Below are positions 60,325 through 64,000 of a DNA stretch of 64,000 nt, one piece after another (position 1 is the first letter of the stretch; the number at the start of each line of letters is the position of its first letter). Position numbers and translations under genes: made by a program. Below the pieces are notes generated by a model that had not been told where the DNA came from, did no database searches, and was given only the letters and a program-made list of their open reading frames with translations. The stretch is from an uncultured archaeon (GTDB taxonomy: Archaea; Asgardarchaeota; Lokiarchaeia; Sigyniarchaeales; SOKP01): contig CAZOYD010000011.1 of the NCBI GenBank assembly GCA_964583985.1, positions 13,333 to 77,332 on the forward strand, read 5' to 3'.

Positions 60325-60450
60325 ATGAGTTGGAAATGTGATAAATGTGGAAAAACATTTGATTACGGGGATATTCCCAAAAAATGTCCAAAATGTAATT
60401 CTGAAAACGGTACGTTTAGTTTAATTGATAAAAAAAGTCAGAAAAAATAA
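60325..60450 (+). CDS. 41-aa rubredoxin-like zinc-ribbon protein
   Basis: MSWKCDKCGKTFDYGDIPKKCPKCNSENGTFSLIDKKSQKK*; AGGT SD; below the ORF-track cutoff. Confidence 0.78.
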   Translation: MSWKCDKCGKTFDYGDIPKKCPKCNSENGTFSLIDKKSQKK

Positions 60451-60471
60451 CTCTCATCCTTCCAATTGCCT

Positions 60472-60762
60472 TTAAATTTCAGCTCCACAAGATGAACAGA
60501 TTTTTTCTTCAAATGAAACTCTTGCACCGCAATATGAACAATATTTAGTGAGATCTTGTGTATCTGGTGCTTTAGGGGTTTTAATACTACTTTTTTGAGA
60601 TATTGTCTCAACTTTTACCCAACTTGATCTTTTAGAATTGACATTTGAATTGAGAAATTTAATTACTAAAATGATGATGACCACAAATACGACAATTACA
60701 ACAATCAAGATAAAAACAAACAACGTGGTAAAGTGATCAAAAATGGTATTAATGAACAACAT
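60472..60762 (-). CDS. Single-TM protein with C-terminal zinc ribbon
   Basis: Hydrophobic N-terminus; YCSYCG...CSSCG. Confidence 0.72.
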   Translation of the reverse strand: MLFINTIFDHFTTLFVFILIVVIVVFVVIIILVIKFLNSNVNSKRSSWVKVETISQKSSIKTPKAPDTQDLTKYCSYCGARVSFEEKICSSCGAEI

Positions 60763-60955
60763 TATTTCTTGTTTTAATTATTATTATATTTTTTAATTCT
60801 CAAGTGATCATACAAAACTAACCTTAAAAAATTATGCCAATATCGATTTAGAAAAACCATAATTTCCTCAATATAGATCTCTATTGACAACATTTATATA
60901 TTGAATTAACCATATCTCTCTTGAAATTCTAATTTAATCCAAAAGGAAGAAAACC

Positions 60956-61729
60956 ATGATAGTTCAAGAATTTGATCCATTTTTCATCATAATACCCGCT
61001 CTTATTTTTGTTATAATCATATTCAGTTGTTGGTTTTTAGCGGGATTTAAAGTGATTCTGGAGTATGAAAGGCTTGTTATTTTTAGATTGGGAAAATACA
61101 AACGCACAATAGGTCCTGGTGTTGTTTATGTCCTCCCTATGCTTGAAAAGTCTCGGAAGGTGAGCTTAAGAATTATAACCGCTGATATTCCTCGTCAAGA
61201 AGTGATTACTAAGGATAATATACCCGTTTTAGCAAATACGGTAGTATATTATAAGGTGGAACGTCCTGAAGATGCCGTGATAAAAATCGAGAATTTTGCG
61301 TTTGCTGTAACACAGTATACACAAGCAGCATTGAGAGATGTGGTAGGAAACATGGAATTAGACAGTGTTTTGACTGAAAGGGAAGTTATAGCAACGGATA
61401 TTCGTAACATTGTAGATCAGGAAACAAATGAATGGGGAATTGACATTAAAAGCATTAAAATTCAAGAAATCGAATTGCCTGCAGAGATGAAGAGAGCAAT
61501 GGCAAAACAAGCAGAAGCAGAACGTGAGAAGCGAGCAGCCATAATTGCTTCAGAAGGAGAAGTTGGAGCTGCTGAGAATCTCTCAAGAGCAGCTACGATA
61601 ATGGCGAGTCAACCGGGCGCACTTCAAATTCGAACCTTACAAACTATTAGAGATATATCACAGGATCCATCTGAAAAAATCATCATTTTCATGCCGGGAG
61701 ATCTGGGTAATATATTAAAGAAATTATAG
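60956..61729 (+). CDS. SPFH/Band 7 stomatin-like protein
   Basis: EYER.VIFRLG, GPG, QEVITKDN, AEAEREKRA, ALQIRTLQT. Confidence 0.92.
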   Translation: MIVQEFDPFFIIIPALIFVIIIFSCWFLAGFKVILEYERLVIFRLGKYKRTIGPGVVYVLPMLEKSRKVSLRIITADIPRQEVITKDNIPVLANTVVYYKVERPEDAVIKIENFAFAVTQYTQAALRDVVGNMELDSVLTEREVIATDIRNIVDQETNEWGIDIKSIKIQEIELPAEMKRAMAKQAEAEREKRAAIIASEGEVGAAENLSRAATIMASQPGALQIRTLQTIRDISQDPSEKIIIFMPGDLGNILKKL

Positions 61730-61746
61730 AGTGTGGGTGAAAACTG

Positions 61747-62424
61747 ATGAGTAGACTCTTAGAAAAAAACATTCGATACGTTCAAATTGCTTTTAATCAT
61801 ACAACTAATGATGTAGCACGCATATTACCACAAATTCCTCACGATCCAAGAATTTTAATTGAAGCGGGAACGCCTTACATTAAAAGGGAAGGAGCAGCGG
61901 GAATAAGATTTATTCGAAGATTTTGGCCGGGAATTATTGTTGCTGATCTTAAGGTTACAGATGGGGCATACGAAGAGGTTAATTTTGCTTATCACTCAGG
62001 AGCTAATGCCGTGACAGCTTCAGGAACAGCACCGATAGAAACTCTCGACTATTTTAACGAGACGTGCAAACTTTTTAAAATTCATTCAATGATAGACATG
62101 ATTGGTCAAGAAAATCCACTCAAACATCTAATAAAACTTAAAACTAAACCAAACGCGATAGTAATACATAAGGGACGTGATGAAGAAGTTAATCCAAGAA
62201 ATATTATTAGGTATAAAGATATTAATAAAATTCGTTCAAAATTCGATGTACATGTTTCTGTAGCTGGTGGATTAGATCAAATGAGTGTAAGAAAAGCTTA
62301 TTTTAACGGTGCTGACATTGCTATTTTAAATATCGTGAAACCATCAGATAATAACAAGGGCATACTCGATACAACCAATTTTCGAATAGCAGTTCCTTCG
62401 ATCCTTCAAGAAGTTGGATCCTAA
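61747..62424 (+). CDS. 3-hexulose-6-phosphate synthase-like (OMPDC/HPS fold) protein
   Basis: QIAF, EAGTPYIK..G, ADLKVTDG, HKGRDEE, VAGG. Confidence 0.72.
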   Translation: MSRLLEKNIRYVQIAFNHTTNDVARILPQIPHDPRILIEAGTPYIKREGAAGIRFIRRFWPGIIVADLKVTDGAYEEVNFAYHSGANAVTASGTAPIETLDYFNETCKLFKIHSMIDMIGQENPLKHLIKLKTKPNAIVIHKGRDEEVNPRNIIRYKDINKIRSKFDVHVSVAGGLDQMSVRKAYFNGADIAILNIVKPSDNNKGILDTTNFRIAVPSILQEVGS

Positions 62425-62442
62425 AGATGATCCTTTTTTTTT
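62416..62442 (+). terminator. Short hairpin plus U-tract at the end of the hps-like gene
   Basis: GGATC-CTAAAGAT-GATCC followed by T9; convergent with rnpB. Confidence 0.45.
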
Positions 62443-62503
62443 ATTCTAATTTTTTTATTTTTAGTTTATCTTAATTAATTTAGGATAATTCAATAAAAGA
62501 AAA

Positions 62504-62836
62504 GTGACATCTGAGATATATACCCGCCTTTCTGTCAGATATCCGGTCACCCAGGTATCCGTGAGGCATCAAACTATGCGGTCTACCTAAAGCTCGTTCC
62601 AAACACTCATCACTTTCATTTGACCTTGCACCAAAGGTTTTAGCTCGTTCCAACCATTCCCTTCTTCAATTTCTTTGGCTTATATCCAATTCATCAATAT
62701 GCGAAAAAGGGCAGTGTCGTTTCAGTTGCTAAAACATGGTTTTCACCATGGTAGTTCTCTACTCCTTCTTTGGAATGGTGAGGCGAGGTTCCTCAGCAGG
62801 TCAAGCCTACCGTCAGCCTCATATCTCATGTGTCAC
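62504..62836 (-). ncRNA. rnpB: RNase P RNA
   Basis: Terminal P1 helix GUGACA-CA-UGAGAUAU / AUAUCUCA-GA-UGUCAC; CR-I GAGGAACCUCGCC (62782-62794); GCAAC-GAAAC, UGCAAG; CR-V ACAGAAAGGCGGGUA (62521-62535) pairs with CR-I as P4. Confidence 0.9.
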
Positions 62837-63107
62837 GTGAATTTGTGAAGAAATTATCATTTAATTATTTTTACTTTTCAAGATCTGGGAAATTAAAAAA
62901 TAATTATTTGAAAAAAAGGAAAAAATTGCCAAAAAGAGGTTCTGTTGCCACGAAAGAACAGCTATGCTAATCTTTTTAATATCACTTTGATCTCAATATA
63001 ATATCATGGATTTTTCATGAAATTGTTTATTAATTTATCTTCTTCAAAAATTTTTATCCAATGCTTCATATATAAAAAATATAACTCTCAAAATTAGGTA
63101 TCAAAAG

Positions 63108-63551
63108 ATGGAAAAACAATCCGAAGGGTTACCTAAAAATCCAATAGAAGCACAGGGCATGTTAATTAAAGATTTTTATGAAAAATTTGGAAAGGATGCA
63201 TTACCAATTATAAGAGAGAATTGTAAGAAACAAGGTCGTTCTCTCGCTTTAAAGATTGAAAAAAAGTTGCCAAATAATAGACTCTCAACAGTTGCAGCAA
63301 CATTTACAAAAAGCTATGATCCTGCCAATATTAATGTTATCGAAATTTCTGATAAGAGGTTTCAAATCCAAGGTAATAAATGTCCATTTGGTTTAGAAAA
63401 TACTTCAAGAGAATTATGTGAAGCCGTGATGGAAATCGATGCTGAATACTTTCGAACAGCAGTAAATGAAAATTTAAAGCTGCGGATAATTAAAACCGTT
63501 GCTGGCGGCGATGATTGCTGCGATACCATTTACGAATTTAGGAGTGAGTAA
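63108..63551 (+). CDS. V4R/ATC-hydrolase-like small ligand-binding protein
   Basis: CPFG...LC..., KT.AGGDDCC..IY. Confidence 0.6.
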   Translation: MEKQSEGLPKNPIEAQGMLIKDFYEKFGKDALPIIRENCKKQGRSLALKIEKKLPNNRLSTVAATFTKSYDPANINVIEISDKRFQIQGNKCPFGLENTSRELCEAVMEIDAEYFRTAVNENLKLRIIKTVAGGDDCCDTIYEFRSE

Positions 63552-63782
63552 ACGAACTACATTAGGCTTAAGGTTTTTTCATTATTAAGCTAATTGTTAA
63601 CTTAAAAAATATGAATTAAATAAATTATTTCGCTTCCTTCGATTTTTATGTAACATTTCGTAAGAATAGAGATAACTATGCATACCGCTTTAAATCGAAA
63701 TTACATAAAAAGATTAAAAAAACAAAATGTTAAAAAATTAAATGAAAAAAATAAGAAGATTTTATTTAAAATAGTTTGATAA

Positions 63783-64000
63783 TTAGAGTACTATTAAACC
63801 TGCTCCCCCATTAATTAATAGGAGTATGTTCATGAAAATGGAGGCTGTTAAACTCATCACAACCAACAAGGTATTGATGCTTGGACCTGCTGTATCCTTG
63901 AATGGGTCTCCAACCGTGTCTCCAGTTATTACTGCTTTATGAACCTCTGTTCCCTTTCCTCCAAGGTTTCCATCCTCTACATATTTTTTTGCATTATCCC
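63783..64000 (-). CDS. hppA: Membrane H+/Na+-translocating pyrophosphatase, C-terminal part
   Basis: Manual translation [44 protein letters not shown]...*; starts outside the window. Confidence 0.92.
   Translation of the reverse strand, partial: DNAKKYVEDGNLGGKGTEVHKAVITGDTVGDPFKDTAGPSINTLLVVMSLTASIFMNILLLINGGAGLIVL

Overview
AT-rich (roughly 30% GC by eye) archaeal chromosome segment, most likely an Asgard archaeon of the Lokiarchaeia/Promethearchaeota. The assignment is an inference from an eL10/uL16 gene, an archaeal-type RNase P RNA, Rag-like and MglA-like small GTPases, arrestin-like, HEAT and LRR proteins, many C-terminal zinc ribbons, and UGA-recoded hdrA/mvhD. The ORF track misses or breaks several features. 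(1) An hdrA-mvhD operon (1-2260, minus) has five in-frame UGA codons, all at conserved Cys positions, so it is a multi-selenocysteine operon. (2) Two small GTPases have P-loops upstream of any ATG/GTG/TTG, implying GUU and AUU/AUA starts. (3) There is a divergent RNase P RNA, two small Cys-rich ORFs, a truncated hppA, and two relic gene ends left by duplications. A ~16-kb divergent catabolic locus (22913-38801) is built around twin CrtI-like FAD oxidoreductases and includes a GH94-like phosphorylase, a sugar/sugar-acid enzyme set and a glycyl radical enzyme with atypical GCVD and KVGGY motifs. An F420-binding FrhB-family protein and an arrestin-like protein share a ~100-aa C-terminal domain, and each lies beside a small GTPase. 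Also present: an isobutyryl-CoA-mutase-type B12 enzyme set, a His-less Acd-alpha paralog, a HEPN/MNT pair, a sulfotransferase cluster, and grpE divergent from dnaK-dnaJ. No CRISPR array, tRNA, rRNA or transposase was seen. All family calls are by motif recognition only; no database searches were run.
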